Shown here piece by piece: positions 29,265-38,955 of a DNA stretch of 64,000 nucleotides. How positions within the stretch are numbered: the stretch's first letter is position 1; each line of letters opens with the position of its first letter. Source of the stretch: Sphingopyxis sp. (GTDB taxonomy: Bacteria; Pseudomonadota; Alphaproteobacteria; Sphingomonadales; Sphingomonadaceae); NCBI RefSeq assembly GCF_034380315.1, contig NZ_JAXMPB010000012.1, forward strand, positions 21,055-85,054, given 5' to 3'. A program made the translations under genes and the position numbers. A model generated the notes under the pieces. It was not told where the DNA came from. It did not search any database and saw only the letters and a program-made list of their open reading frames with translations.

Positions 29265-31781
29265 CTAGAAGGTCTTGCGCCATTCCAGCTCGATATAGCG
29301 GCCCAAGGGGTCGATATAGCCGGGTTGGTAGTTCAGCGGCACCACGCCATTGCCGTCGGTGATCCGCCGCTGGGCATCGAACAGATTGTCGACCGACAGG
29401 CGCAGGCGCGAGCCCTTGAGGAAGGGCAGATCCTCGGTCAGTTTCGGCATCTGGTTGAAATCGGCGAAGACGCGCAGGTTGAATGTCGCGAGGTCGCCGA
29501 AATTCAGGTCGCCATTCGCGCCGCCGACGATGCGGCTGCCGCTGTCATATTTGGCGCTGATCCGCCCGCCGATGCCCTTGTAGAACAGCCCGCCGTCGAG
29601 TTCGACCAGATGACGGCTGCTGCCGCCGCCCGTACCCGTTGCCGACCCGTTCAACAGATCGAGTTCGGGTACGCCGGGACCGATCATGATTTTATCGGTC
29701 AGCCGGACCGTGTGATAGAGCCCGACCTGCCAGCGCCCGCCCTGCGGCCGCCCGAACATGCCGCGCGGGCCGCCGCGCCCGCCGAAGCCGCGCCCCGTGC
29801 GCGGACCGCGCGGGGCATCGGCAGCGGGGGGCGGCGGCGCAGCGCCTTCCCCTGCGGCGGCAGCGCCGGGCCGCGCGCCGCGCGCGCGCTCCCCGCCCGA
29901 GCCGGGGCCACCGGCATCGGAACCGGCGCCACCCGAACCGCCACCACGGGGTCCGCCGCCGCGGCGTCCCTGCGCCTCCGGCTCGCCGAAGCTGCCGTTC
30001 ATGTTGAAGCCCCAGCGGACCTGCGAATTGGTTGCGCGGTCGAAATTGACCGGCCGCTGGTCGAGCGCGATCAACACGCCATTGCCATCGCGGATCGCGC
30101 GTCCCGGAAAGGCCGCCTCGATCTCTGGCGTGAGCAGGGGAAAGCCGTTGGCGGTATCGTCGCTGCGGTTGCGGTTATAGTCGACCGAAAAGCGCAGCCC
30201 TTCGACCATCGGCAGTTCCCAGTTGAGCCCCAGTTTGAAATCGCGGCGCCGTTCGGCACGCAACAAGGGATTGCCCCCCGTCGTCGTCGTGATTTCGACG
30301 GTCTGGCCGGTCGCGAAATCATAATAGGTCACGCCCGGCGTCACCAGCGGCGCGGCGCCGAGCTGGGTGACGCTGGGGGCGGCCTCGTCATTCTTGAAAC
30401 TGGCGAGCAGCGACAATTTGTCGGTGATGCCCCAGTTGAGCGTCGTGCCCCAGCTGGTCAGCGCAGAAAAGTCGCTCGGCCGCTCCGCCTGGGCGTTGAG
30501 GGTCAGCGACATGGTGCCGAAATTCCCAACCTCATATTCGGGATCGAACAGCGGAATGGTCAGCGATCCGAACACATTGGGGGTGTCGCGCGACAGGTCG
30601 CTGGCCGTGACCGTGCCGCCGCGTTCGGCGCGGCTGTCGTAGCGCAGACCCGTATATCCCCCGGTGATCGAGGCGCGGATCGGCCCCGCCCAGCCGTCGA
30701 CGACGCTGCCCGAAATATTGGCGTTGGACCCGAAGCTCTGGCTGCTGCTGTCGAAACGGTCGCGCGTGCCGCCTGCTCGGTCGGTGAAGGTGCGGGTATC
30801 GGCATCCGAATAATTGCCGGTGACCGACCAGCGCCAGTCGCCGATCATGCCGTTGACGCTGGCCGAGCTGGTCCAGTTCTGGCTGCGGCTGTTGCGGCGG
30901 AGCGGATCGCCCGCGCCGCCAAGTCCCGCCCCGAGCAGGCTGAGGCTGTCGGTCTGGTCGAAGCGCAGGCTGATCGAGGCGTCGGTCAGCTTGTCGATGT
31001 TGCGCATGAGCGTGCCGTCGATGACATAGGTGTCGGTCGCGGCAAGCAGACTGCGGTCGGACGATCCCAGGCCGCGCTCGCTTTCGAGCAGCATCCCCTT
31101 GCTTTCCCACCCGGCGTTGAGGTTCACCCGGCCGTTGGCGCCGATCGCCATGAAGGCCGGTTCAAGCTCGCTTTGGAACCGGCCGCCCTGCGTCGCGAGC
31201 CCGGCCTCTCCCTCCAGCGACATTTGCCGGAAATTCGACTTGAGCACCAAATTGACCACCCGTTCGGTCGCCGCATAGCCATATTGCAGCGCGACCTCTT
31301 CAGGGAAAATCTCGACCTTGGCGATCGCCTCGGGCGGGATGTTGCGGATCGCGCCAAAGCCCGCGACGCGGCGGCCATTGACCAGCATCACCGGCCGACC
31401 GCCGCCCCGACCGCGCCCCGACCGGGTCTGCGGTTCGAGCGCGGCCACCAATTCCTCAACCGACGAGGCGCCATAGCTGGCGATCGTCGCTTCATCGAGT
31501 TCGGCCTCTGCCGCGATATCGGTATCGAGTTGTCCCGCGAGGCGCGGCGCGGTGACGACGATCTCATCCTCTTCGGGTTCATATCCGTCGTCGGCCGGTG
31601 CCGCGGCGCCCTGGCCCGTCTCGGCGGGCTGATCGACCGCCGCGACCGCCGCCAGCGACGCGCCTTGCGCCATAGCGGGGGCCGCCAGACATGCGGCGCC
31701 CGACAGCATCACAGCCCGGGCCGACAGGGAAAGGGGGATGACTTTCATGGGGAGAGCAATTTCCTGTTCGATTGATTTCAT
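29265..31781 (-). CDS. TonB-dependent receptor-like outer membrane protein
   Basis: Signal peptide, EIVVTA TonB box, IAKVEIF plug, C-terminal YIDPLGRYIELEWRKTF; start may be 31748. Confidence 0.9.
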   Translation of the reverse strand: MKSIEQEIALPMKVIPLSLSARAVMLSGAACLAAPAMAQGASLAAVAAVDQPAETGQGAAAPADDGYEPEEDEIVVTAPRLAGQLDTDIAAEAELDEATIASYGASSVEELVAALEPQTRSGRGRGGGRPVMLVNGRRVAGFGAIRNIPPEAIAKVEIFPEEVALQYGYAATERVVNLVLKSNFRQMSLEGEAGLATQGGRFQSELEPAFMAIGANGRVNLNAGWESKGMLLESERGLGSSDRSLLAATDTYVIDGTLMRNIDKLTDASISLRFDQTDSLSLLGAGLGGAGDPLRRNSRSQNWTSSASVNGMIGDWRWSVTGNYSDADTRTFTDRAGGTRDRFDSSSQSFGSNANISGSVVDGWAGPIRASITGGYTGLRYDSRAERGGTVTASDLSRDTPNVFGSLTIPLFDPEYEVGNFGTMSLTLNAQAERPSDFSALTSWGTTLNWGITDKLSLLASFKNDEAAPSVTQLGAAPLVTPGVTYYDFATGQTVEITTTTGGNPLLRAERRRDFKLGLNWELPMVEGLRFSVDYNRNRSDDTANGFPLLTPEIEAAFPGRAIRDGNGVLIALDQRPVNFDRATNSQVRWGFNMNGSFGEPEAQGRRGGGPRGGGSGGAGSDAGGPGSGGERARGARPGAAAAGEGAAPPPPAADAPRGPRTGRGFGGRGGPRGMFGRPQGGRWQVGLYHTVRLTDKIMIGPGVPELDLLNGSATGTGGGSSRHLVELDGGLFYKGIGGRISAKYDSGSRIVGGANGDLNFGDLATFNLRVFADFNQMPKLTEDLPFLKGSRLRLSVDNLFDAQRRITDGNGVVPLNYQPGYIDPLGRYIELEWRKTF

Positions 31782-31941
31782 TATCTTTAACCGGCCGATC
31801 TGAACGGCCCGTGACGCACGATCGCCCCGACCGACCGTCTCGGCGCCAATTGTCGCACCAATATGTCAAGGCCAGCCTTCTTCCACCAACCGCACGCATC
31901 CGCCGCTGGACAGCATGGCGATCGCCCCTTATCGGCCACCC

Positions 31942-33546
31942 ATGCCGACTCCAGACAATGCCATCGCCCCCCGTCCGAACGAAAATGGCGAATCGATCCT
32001 GATCGTCGATTTCGGAAGCCAGGTCACACAGTTGATCGCCCGCCGCGTCCGCGAAGCGGGCGTCTATAGCGAGATCGTCCCGTTCAGCGCCGCCGAGGCC
32101 GCGCTGGCGCGAATGCAGCCCAAGGGCGTGATCCTGTCGGGTTCGCCCGCATCGGTTCCCGCCGAAGGCAGCCCGCGGGCGCCCCAGTCGATCTTTGACA
32201 GCGGCCTTCCCATCCTGGGCATCTGTTACGGCCAGCAGGTGATGAGCCAGCAGCTCGGCGGACAGGTCGAACCCGGCGGCAGCGACGGCGAGCGCGACGG
32301 CGAATTCGGCCGCGCCTTTCTGACCGTCACCGAACCCTGCGTGTTGTTCGACGGCCTGTGGGAAGTCGGCGAGCGCCATCAGGTGTGGATGAGCCACGGC
32401 GACCGCGTGACGCAATTCGCGCCCGGTTTCCGCATCGTCGCGGTGAGCGACGGCGCCCCCTTTGCGGTGATCGCCAATGACGAGCGCCGCTATTACGGGA
32501 CGCAGTTCCACCCCGAGGTCGTCCACACCCCCGACGGCGCGAAGCTGATCGCCAATTTCGTGCGCCACGTCTGCGGCTGTTCGGGTGAGTGGACGATGGC
32601 CGAGTTCCGCGCCACCAAGATTGCCGAAATCCGCGCCCAGGTCGGCGACCAGCGCGTGCTGTGCGGCCTGTCGGGCGGGGTGGACAGTGCGGTCGCGGCG
32701 GTGCTGATCCACGAGGCGATCGGCGATCAGCTGACCTGCGTTTTCGTCGACCATGGCCTGCTGCGCATGAACGAACGACAGCAGGTCGAAACGCTGTTCC
32801 GCGACCATTACAACATCCCGCTGGTTGTTGTGGATGCCGAGGAACGCTTCATGGCGGGCCTTTCCGGCGTCACCGATCCCGAAAAGAAGCGCAAGTTCAT
32901 CGGCGCCGAATTCATCAACGTGTTCGAGGAAGAGGCGAAGAAGATCGGCGGCGCCGACTTCCTGGCGCAGGGCACGCTGTACCCCGACGTCATCGAAAGC
33001 GTCAGCTTCACCGGCGGGCCGAGCGTGACGATCAAGAGCCACCACAATGTCGGCGGCCTGCCCGAACGCATGAACATGAAGCTGGTCGAACCCTTGCGCG
33101 AATTGTTCAAGGACGAGGTCCGCCTGCTCGGCAAGGAGCTGGGGCTGCCCGACGTGTTCGTCGGCCGCCACCCCTTCCCCGGCCCCGGCCTGGCGATCCG
33201 CATCCCCGGCGAGGTGACGAAGGAGCGCTGCGACATCTTGCGCAAGGCCGACGCGGTGTACCTTGAGGAGATCCGCAACGCGGGCCTGTACGATGCGATC
33301 TGGCAGGCGTTTGCGGTGCTGCTGCCGGTCAAGACGGTCGGCGTGATGGGCGACGGGCGCACCTATGACAGCGTCTGCGCGCTGCGCGCCGTGACCTCCA
33401 CCGACGGCATGACCGCCGACATCTATCCCTTTGACGCGAGCTTCCTGTCGCGCTGCGCGACGCGCATCATCAACGAGGTCCAGGGGATCAACCGCGTGGT
33501 ATATGACTATACCTCGAAACCCCCCGGCACGATTGAGTGGGAATGA
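31942..33546 (+). CDS. guaA: GMP synthase (glutamine-hydrolysing)
   Basis: [46 protein letters not shown]. Confidence 0.99.
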   Translation: MPTPDNAIAPRPNENGESILIVDFGSQVTQLIARRVREAGVYSEIVPFSAAEAALARMQPKGVILSGSPASVPAEGSPRAPQSIFDSGLPILGICYGQQVMSQQLGGQVEPGGSDGERDGEFGRAFLTVTEPCVLFDGLWEVGERHQVWMSHGDRVTQFAPGFRIVAVSDGAPFAVIANDERRYYGTQFHPEVVHTPDGAKLIANFVRHVCGCSGEWTMAEFRATKIAEIRAQVGDQRVLCGLSGGVDSAVAAVLIHEAIGDQLTCVFVDHGLLRMNERQQVETLFRDHYNIPLVVVDAEERFMAGLSGVTDPEKKRKFIGAEFINVFEEEAKKIGGADFLAQGTLYPDVIESVSFTGGPSVTIKSHHNVGGLPERMNMKLVEPLRELFKDEVRLLGKELGLPDVFVGRHPFPGPGLAIRIPGEVTKERCDILRKADAVYLEEIRNAGLYDAIWQAFAVLLPVKTVGVMGDGRTYDSVCALRAVTSTDGMTADIYPFDASFLSRCATRIINEVQGINRVVYDYTSKPPGTIEWE

Positions 33547-33701
33547 TTCAGGCCCGGTCGAACGCCGCCGTTTTAGCGCCATAGCGCCCATAATGCGCTG
33601 AAATTGATGGACGCATGCTTGCCAGCCATCGCCGTGGCGGTGATCGCGTCGGCGGCACGCCAAACGGCGCCGGAAGCGTTGATAGCGGGGGCGGAAAGGA
33701 A

Positions 33702-33729
33702 TCTGGCCGCATCCGGAGATGCGGCCAGA
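33702..33729 (-). terminator. Intrinsic terminator hairpin downstream of the GNAT gene
   Basis: Perfect TCTGGCCGCATC-CGGA-GATGCGGCCAGA, followed on the minus strand by TTCCTTT. Confidence 0.65.
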
Positions 33730-33742
33730 AAGTGCTGGTTCG

Positions 33743-34798
33743 TTAGAGGTCCAATTCGCGCTTGCGCGCGAGGAGCGCCCGGAATGCCGGATCATTGGCG
33801 AGGGTTTGCAGGGCCCAGAATTCTTCCAGCCACTCCGCTTCGCCCTCCCAGTCGCTTTCGATCAGAAGCCGAACATTTGCCAGCGCGCCTTCGCGGTCAT
33901 CCGCAAGTGCTCGTGCGCCGGCGGCATGGAAACGGCTCCAGCTGATCTGTTCGCTGGCCCGCTCGAAGTGCGCGGCCAGGTCGCGGCAGTGATCAGGGGA
34001 GAGGTCGCCGACATTTTCGGCAGGCAGCCTGCAACTATAGGCCACATGCCGATCCAGTTCGGAAAGGCCGATTGATCCACCAATCGCAATGGAGCCCTTG
34101 TTGGACGCATGGCTGTGCCACTCGACGCCATGAAGACCGCGCCGGACACACTCGGCGATCGTCATGGAAGCGACCATGCGTCCAAGCCCCTGGCGCCGGA
34201 AGCCGGATTCCGTACCGACGCCCACTTCGCAACGCTGGCCGCTGACGCTGTCCGTCAGGCTGTGACTGACGATCCGCCCATCGTAGAGAGCGCAGTAGCC
34301 GACAGCGAGGTTGAAGAACGCCTCTGGAGAGGTCCACCCTTCAACGCAGTCCTCCAGCACTTCAAGGTTGCCGGGATTGCGGTCGAACAGCGCACGATCG
34401 ATCGGCAGGATCTCAAATCCTGGACCTGGCTGGCGCACCGCCGGCCGTGCCGCGCCTGCCACATATCCCATGCGAATGCGGGGATGCGGAATTGCGAACG
34501 CATTGCTCCACGCCTTGGGAAGGCATGGCACCCAATGGGGCTCTGCAAAGACATAGGCCCAGTCGGGGATTATTTCCCGGAGGCCGCCGAGAGTTTCGGC
34601 CTCTGCGTCAGGGTTTCCGGCCAGATAGTAGGCGTCCCCATTGGCGACAACCGCCACCTGAGGATTGGCTGGGTCGTCCAGCCAGACCTCGCCGTCAATC
34701 GTACCGTCCAGGACGGATGCGACAGCGACATGGATCGAAGTGAGTTCAGTTAAAGTGGTCTGAGCGACCCAATAGGCCTCTTGCTCGATTTTTTGCAT
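33743..34798 (-). CDS. GNAT acetyltransferase with C-terminal helical (TPR-end-like) extension
   Basis: CEVGVGTESGFRRQGLG, NKGSIAI; tail FHAAGARALADDREGALANV...DPAFRALL. Confidence 0.8.
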   Translation of the reverse strand: MQKIEQEAYWVAQTTLTELTSIHVAVASVLDGTIDGEVWLDDPANPQVAVVANGDAYYLAGNPDAEAETLGGLREIIPDWAYVFAEPHWVPCLPKAWSNAFAIPHPRIRMGYVAGAARPAVRQPGPGFEILPIDRALFDRNPGNLEVLEDCVEGWTSPEAFFNLAVGYCALYDGRIVSHSLTDSVSGQRCEVGVGTESGFRRQGLGRMVASMTIAECVRRGLHGVEWHSHASNKGSIAIGGSIGLSELDRHVAYSCRLPAENVGDLSPDHCRDLAAHFERASEQISWSRFHAAGARALADDREGALANVRLLIESDWEGEAEWLEEFWALQTLANDPAFRALLARKRELDL

Positions 34799-35160
34799 GG
34801 ATAAGCGATCCTATGGATGCGGCGCTTTGCGCCTGCACCATCGATGGTAACAGGTGAAACAGATCATCTGCTTCATAGGCAGCCGGCATACGCCCGCCGG
34901 CACTCGGCATGATGTTGGCTGCCATCTTGTTACCCCGCTCATCACTATGGAATGCTGCGATTATTTCGCAGGTGATGCCCCTGTAATCGGTAGCCCGATG
35001 CCGCGCAAGCAGGCTGGTCTGATGCCGAGTTGGAAAGATCGCCGGAAAGTGTCTCGGGGACGGGCGGCCGTCGGGGGCATTCTGTGCGGGGACGGCGGCG
35101 TCGGCGCCCATGTAAGAAGAGGCGTGAAAAACAACCACGAGAACAGCTACTGTCCGAAGG

Positions 35161-35625
35161 ATGCGAGACAAACGATTCATCGCTGCACATCGCGGGGGGC
35201 CGCTGTCGCAGGCGCGGCATAGGTCACTTATGCGCTGGGCATTGAATTGTGCGGAACATGTCTTGCCGATCATGCCCGATGATGTTGACCCACGGCTGCG
35301 ACAGGCATTGGACATAGGCAGAAAATGGCAAGCGGGCGAGGAGACTACGGGTGCTGCGCAGAAGGCTTCGGTCGCTGCTCATGCCGCCGCGCGACGTTAT
35401 GAGCATCCGGCGTCGATTGCCGTCGCTCGATCCATTGCCCAGGCTGTCGCGACCGCCCACTTTGCGGACCACGCATTGGTGGCCGCGACCTATGCGTTGA
35501 AGGCTGTCAAATCCGCAGGCGGGTCGGTCGAAGACGAAACGGCCTGGCAGAATGGCGAGCTTGGCGACGACATTAAACATCTGGTCGTGCAGTGCAGGAC
35601 CCAGCGCGATAATTTGCTGTCCTGA
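35161..35625 (+). CDS. Imm5-like putative immunity protein
   Basis: HRSLMRWALNCAEHVL, DPRLRQAL, AAHAAAR, AQAVATAHFADHA. Confidence 0.75.
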   Translation: MRDKRFIAAHRGGPLSQARHRSLMRWALNCAEHVLPIMPDDVDPRLRQALDIGRKWQAGEETTGAAQKASVAAHAAARRYEHPASIAVARSIAQAVATAHFADHALVAATYALKAVKSAGGSVEDETAWQNGELGDDIKHLVVQCRTQRDNLLS

Positions 35626-35682
35626 AACGTCGCTCAATGCAACGAAACAACTTTCAGCCCTTGATAGGCCTGCCGCTCGCCG

Positions 35683-35796
35683 TGCCTTGGCGAGATCCCA
35701 CCAGTGATAATCGACGCCATCCTCAAGCCCGGCATAGCCCTGCGTATCATCGCCGGGCCGGCGCTCGAGAACGATCGAGCGGCCGTCCGGCATGAT
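35683..35796 (-). pseudogene. trbI: Fragment of trbI (VirB10) from a Trb-type conjugative element
   Basis: IMPDGRSIVLERRPGDDTQGYAGLEDGVDYHWWDLAKA matches the TrbI C-terminal motif as recalled; flanks are unrelated. Confidence 0.85.
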
Positions 35797-35970
35797 GGGG
35801 CAGTTCGCGCCTAGCGACCCGCCCGCCCTCCATCGAATCTTCACAATCATCTTGTTGACAAGAAAGGATTTTATAACGATCCAGCGCAGCGAGAAGTCGC
35901 TCAACTCGTTGGCGGACGATCGAACCACGCCCGCGTCTTGCGGGTTTTCATCGCAATGACTGGACACGCC

Positions 35971-36462
35971 ATGAGCGCCCCCCTTCCCCCGCGCGACGCC
36001 GAGATTTCCTTTCGCCGCATCACCGCCCTCAACGTCTGTGACGTTTGCGACCTGAGCCGCACGCTGTCCGCCGAACAGCGCGGCGTCGTCGCCGACAACG
36101 GCACGTCGATCGCCGAAGGTTTCTGTTCGCAAAACGCCTGGTTTCGCGCGATCCATGCCGACGAAACGCTGATCGGGTTCGTCATGCTTCACAAGGGGTA
36201 TGACTGGGACGACGGCATCGAATGTCCGGGCGTTTACCTGTGGCGTTTCATGATCGCCGGTCCGTTCCAGAAACGCGGCTATGGCCGCCGCGCGATCGCG
36301 ATGATCATCGAACATCTGAAAGTCGAGGGCTGGCACGAACTTTACACCAGCTTTGGCCTTGGCGCCGGCAGCCCGCAGGATTTCTATCTTGGCATGGGGT
36401 TTGAGTTGACCGGCGACACCTATGACGAAGAATTGGAAGCGGTGCTGCGCTTTGGCGCGTGA
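35971..36462 (+). CDS. GNAT, spermidine/diamine N-acetyltransferase-like
   Basis: LWRFMIAGPFQKRGYGRRA, FYLGMGF. Confidence 0.85.
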   Translation: MSAPLPPRDAEISFRRITALNVCDVCDLSRTLSAEQRGVVADNGTSIAEGFCSQNAWFRAIHADETLIGFVMLHKGYDWDDGIECPGVYLWRFMIAGPFQKRGYGRRAIAMIIEHLKVEGWHELYTSFGLGAGSPQDFYLGMGFELTGDTYDEELEAVLRFGA

Positions 36463-36491
36463 CCCCGGCCCATTGACAACGAAAGACCGAA

Positions 36492-37343
36492 ATGACCGAT
36501 CATCGCCAATGGCATGAAGCCAACCGCCTGTCGTGGAACGCGGCCACTGTCGCGCACAACAGCCACAAGGGCGATCAGGCCGCCTTTTTCCATAAGGGCG
36601 GATCGACCCTCTATCCCGAGGATATCGACCTCTTGGGCGATGTCGCGGGGCGCGACCTGCTGCACCTGCAATGCAATGCCGGTCAGGACAGCCTGAGCGT
36701 CGCGCGGCTGGGGGCGCATGTCACCGGGGTCGATATTTCGGACGAGGCAATCGATTTTGCCCAAAGCCTGTCAGCGGAGAGCGGGATCACGGCGCAGTTC
36801 GAGCGGGCCGACCTGTTCGACTGGTTCGACGAGGCCCGGCGCGCGGAGCGGACGTTCGATATCGTCTTTTCCTCCTATGGCACCATCTGCTGGTTATCGG
36901 ACATCGATCGCTGGGCGTGCGGGATCGCGGACGTCCTGCGCCCCGGCGGGCGGTTTTCCTTCATCGAATTCCATCCCTTTGCGTTGACCTTCGATGAAAA
37001 ATGGCAGCCGCATTACAGCTATTTCAACGCAGGCCCGATCAGCGAGGCCGGTGTCACCGACTATGTCGGAGCATCGGGCGAAGCGCTGGCGCGCGACGGG
37101 TTCGAGGCGGGCGTGCAGGATTTCGCCAATCCCCACCCCTCGTTCGAATTTGCCTGGGGAATCGGCGACGTGGTGTCTGCACTGGTGCGCGCCGGGCTGA
37201 CGATCGACCGGCTGGTCGAATATCCCCACGTCAACGGATGGCGCGCCTTTGAAACGATGCGCGACCTGGGCGAAGGACGATTTGCGCCCCCCGACACCAT
37301 GCCACGCCTGCCGCTGATGTACGGCATCGCGGCCCACAGGTAG
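36492..37343 (+). CDS. Class I SAM-dependent methyltransferase
   Basis: LLHLQCNAGQDSL, GVDISDEAI, FDIVFSSYG, LRPGG. Confidence 0.9.
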   Translation: MTDHRQWHEANRLSWNAATVAHNSHKGDQAAFFHKGGSTLYPEDIDLLGDVAGRDLLHLQCNAGQDSLSVARLGAHVTGVDISDEAIDFAQSLSAESGITAQFERADLFDWFDEARRAERTFDIVFSSYGTICWLSDIDRWACGIADVLRPGGRFSFIEFHPFALTFDEKWQPHYSYFNAGPISEAGVTDYVGASGEALARDGFEAGVQDFANPHPSFEFAWGIGDVVSALVRAGLTIDRLVEYPHVNGWRAFETMRDLGEGRFAPPDTMPRLPLMYGIAAHR

Positions 37344-37405
37344 GGCGCGACGGAAAGATATTCCTGATCTGGCGGCAAAGCCCTTGGAACTCTGTCGTTT
37401 CAACC

Positions 37406-37415
37406 TGTATAGACG
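37406..37415. promoter_or_regulatory. HutC operator-like box
   Basis: TGTATAGACG (reverse complement 9/10 to the box at 44764), upstream of hutC. Confidence 0.6.
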
Positions 37416-37451
37416 GGTTATGATTTACGCTGCGCCAAAGCCGTTCGGCCC

Positions 37452-38195
37452 GTGACGACGACAGGATTCGCGAAAGCAGGCGGCACGCCGCCCGCCCCGC
37501 TTTATGCCGCGATCAAGCAGCACATCTGCGATGCGGTGCGCGACGGGACGTTGAAGCCCGGCGACCGCGTGGCGTCGGAGGCCGAACTGGTCGAACAATT
37601 CGGTGTATCGCGCATGACCGCGAACCGCGCCCTGCGCGAGTTGCAGTCGGCCGGCGTCATCGTCCGGCGCGCCGGCAGCGGATCCTTCATCGCCGAGCCG
37701 CGGCCCATCGGTCAGATGATCGAAATCCGCAACATCGCCGACGAAGTGCGCGAACGCGGACACGCCTATCGCGCACGGGTGATCCAGAATGTCGAGGAAC
37801 GCGCGAGCGGCGACATGGCCGCCCTGCTGGAGGTGCCGGCAGGCACGCGGCTGTTCCATTCGATCATCGTGCACCATGAAGCCGAATTTCCGATCCAGCT
37901 TGAGGAACGCTTCGTCCTGGCATCGATCGCGCCCGATTATGGCGCCATGGACTTCACCCAGGCGACGCCGAACGAATATCTGACCCAGATCGCCCCGCTG
38001 GAGCGCGTCGAGCACCGGGTCAGCGCGACGATGCCCGACGAACGCACGCGCACGATGCTGGCCCTCGTTGACAGCGAACCGGTGCTGCGCATGACCCGGC
38101 GGACGTGGAGCCGCGGCCGGTTGGTGTCGCACGCATGGCTGACCCATCCCGGCACGCGGTTCGAATTGTCGGCCGCCTTTTCGCTCGACGACTGA
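37452..38195 (+). CDS. hutC: Histidine utilisation repressor HutC (GntR-UTRA), copy 1
   Basis: PLYAAIK, SEAELVEQFGVSRMTANRALREL, IRNIADEV, UTRA domain. Confidence 0.9.
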   Translation: MTTTGFAKAGGTPPAPLYAAIKQHICDAVRDGTLKPGDRVASEAELVEQFGVSRMTANRALRELQSAGVIVRRAGSGSFIAEPRPIGQMIEIRNIADEVRERGHAYRARVIQNVEERASGDMAALLEVPAGTRLFHSIIVHHEAEFPIQLEERFVLASIAPDYGAMDFTQATPNEYLTQIAPLERVEHRVSATMPDERTRTMLALVDSEPVLRMTRRTWSRGRLVSHAWLTHPGTRFELSAAFSLDD

Positions 38196-38217
38196 CGCCG
38201 CCGAGCGAGGCTGACGG

Positions 38218-38955
38218 TCAGGCCGTACCGGTCCGGACCACCGCCGGCTTGCGCCGACGGCGCAGCCACCGGAAATCGGCGCGACTGAAGCTTTTGAACA
38301 AGAGATAGAATCCCGTGCCCGACATCCACAATGTGCCGAAGGCGACGAAGATGATCAGCGGGTGGTTGAAGCTTTTCCGGTCCACATAATCCATATTGTG
38401 CAGCATCCAGAAAAAGTCCCACGTCCGCCAGGTATCGCCGCGCATCACCAGGAAACGCCCGGTATCCGCCGCGACATAGGCGCTGCTGTTTTCCGCATCG
38501 TCGAAATCGACGCGCCACATCGCGCCATTATGGTCGCGGGCCTCCAGATTCGCCTTGTCGAGGCGGCTGGTCTTGCGGACCGGCGCTTCGTTCATCATCG
38601 CCGCAATCGCTTCGGCGAGCGCGGCATCGACGACGATGGCGCTGCCGTCGGCCGCGTCGAACAGGCGCACGCCGGTTGCGGTGCGCAGTTCATAAACCGG
38701 ACGGGCCCCAAGGTCGCGCAGCACGATGCTGGTCGCGCCCTTGGCTTGCGGCAGCGCGGCGGGGGCGAAATATTCGCCCTCTGCCAGCGGGTGTTCATGC
38801 CCCATGCCGCCGCCGTGACCGCCGACCTTGCCCTTGTCGAGCAGCGCCATCACCGAGCCGCTGAGCGCCCAGAGCAGGAACTGGATGCCAAGGACGAGCC
38901 CCACCCATTTGTGAATGCGCCGAAACAGGAGCGGCGAAAGACGGATTTTCTTCAT
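38218..38955 (-). CDS. PepSY-domain membrane protein
   Basis: RRIHKWVGLVLGIQFLLWALSG; WDFFWMLHNMDY; His-rich HGGGMGHEH. Confidence 0.85.
   Translation of the reverse strand: MKKIRLSPLLFRRIHKWVGLVLGIQFLLWALSGSVMALLDKGKVGGHGGGMGHEHPLAEGEYFAPAALPQAKGATSIVLRDLGARPVYELRTATGVRLFDAADGSAIVVDAALAEAIAAMMNEAPVRKTSRLDKANLEARDHNGAMWRVDFDDAENSSAYVAADTGRFLVMRGDTWRTWDFFWMLHNMDYVDRKSFNHPLIIFVAFGTLWMSGTGFYLLFKSFSRADFRWLRRRRKPAVVRTGTA

Noticed and set aside
31782-31941. Riboswitch (purine, cobalamin, TPP) in TBDR or guaA leaders
   Set aside because: No conserved riboswitch core recognised here, at 42371-42550 or at 22614-22788; an Infernal scan would be decisive
33547-33700. Integrase gene or paired att repeat after guaA
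   Set aside because: No tyrosine or serine recombinase ORF and no second GAGTGGGA copy found by eye
29103-33795. Long ORFs 29103..31775 (+) and 31579..33795 (-)
   Set aside because: Antisense shadows of the TBDR and guaA
34799-35160. ORFs 34746..35315, 34854..35222, 34945..35220
   Set aside because: No recognisable motif in any frame and they overlap real genes; treated as degraded island sequence
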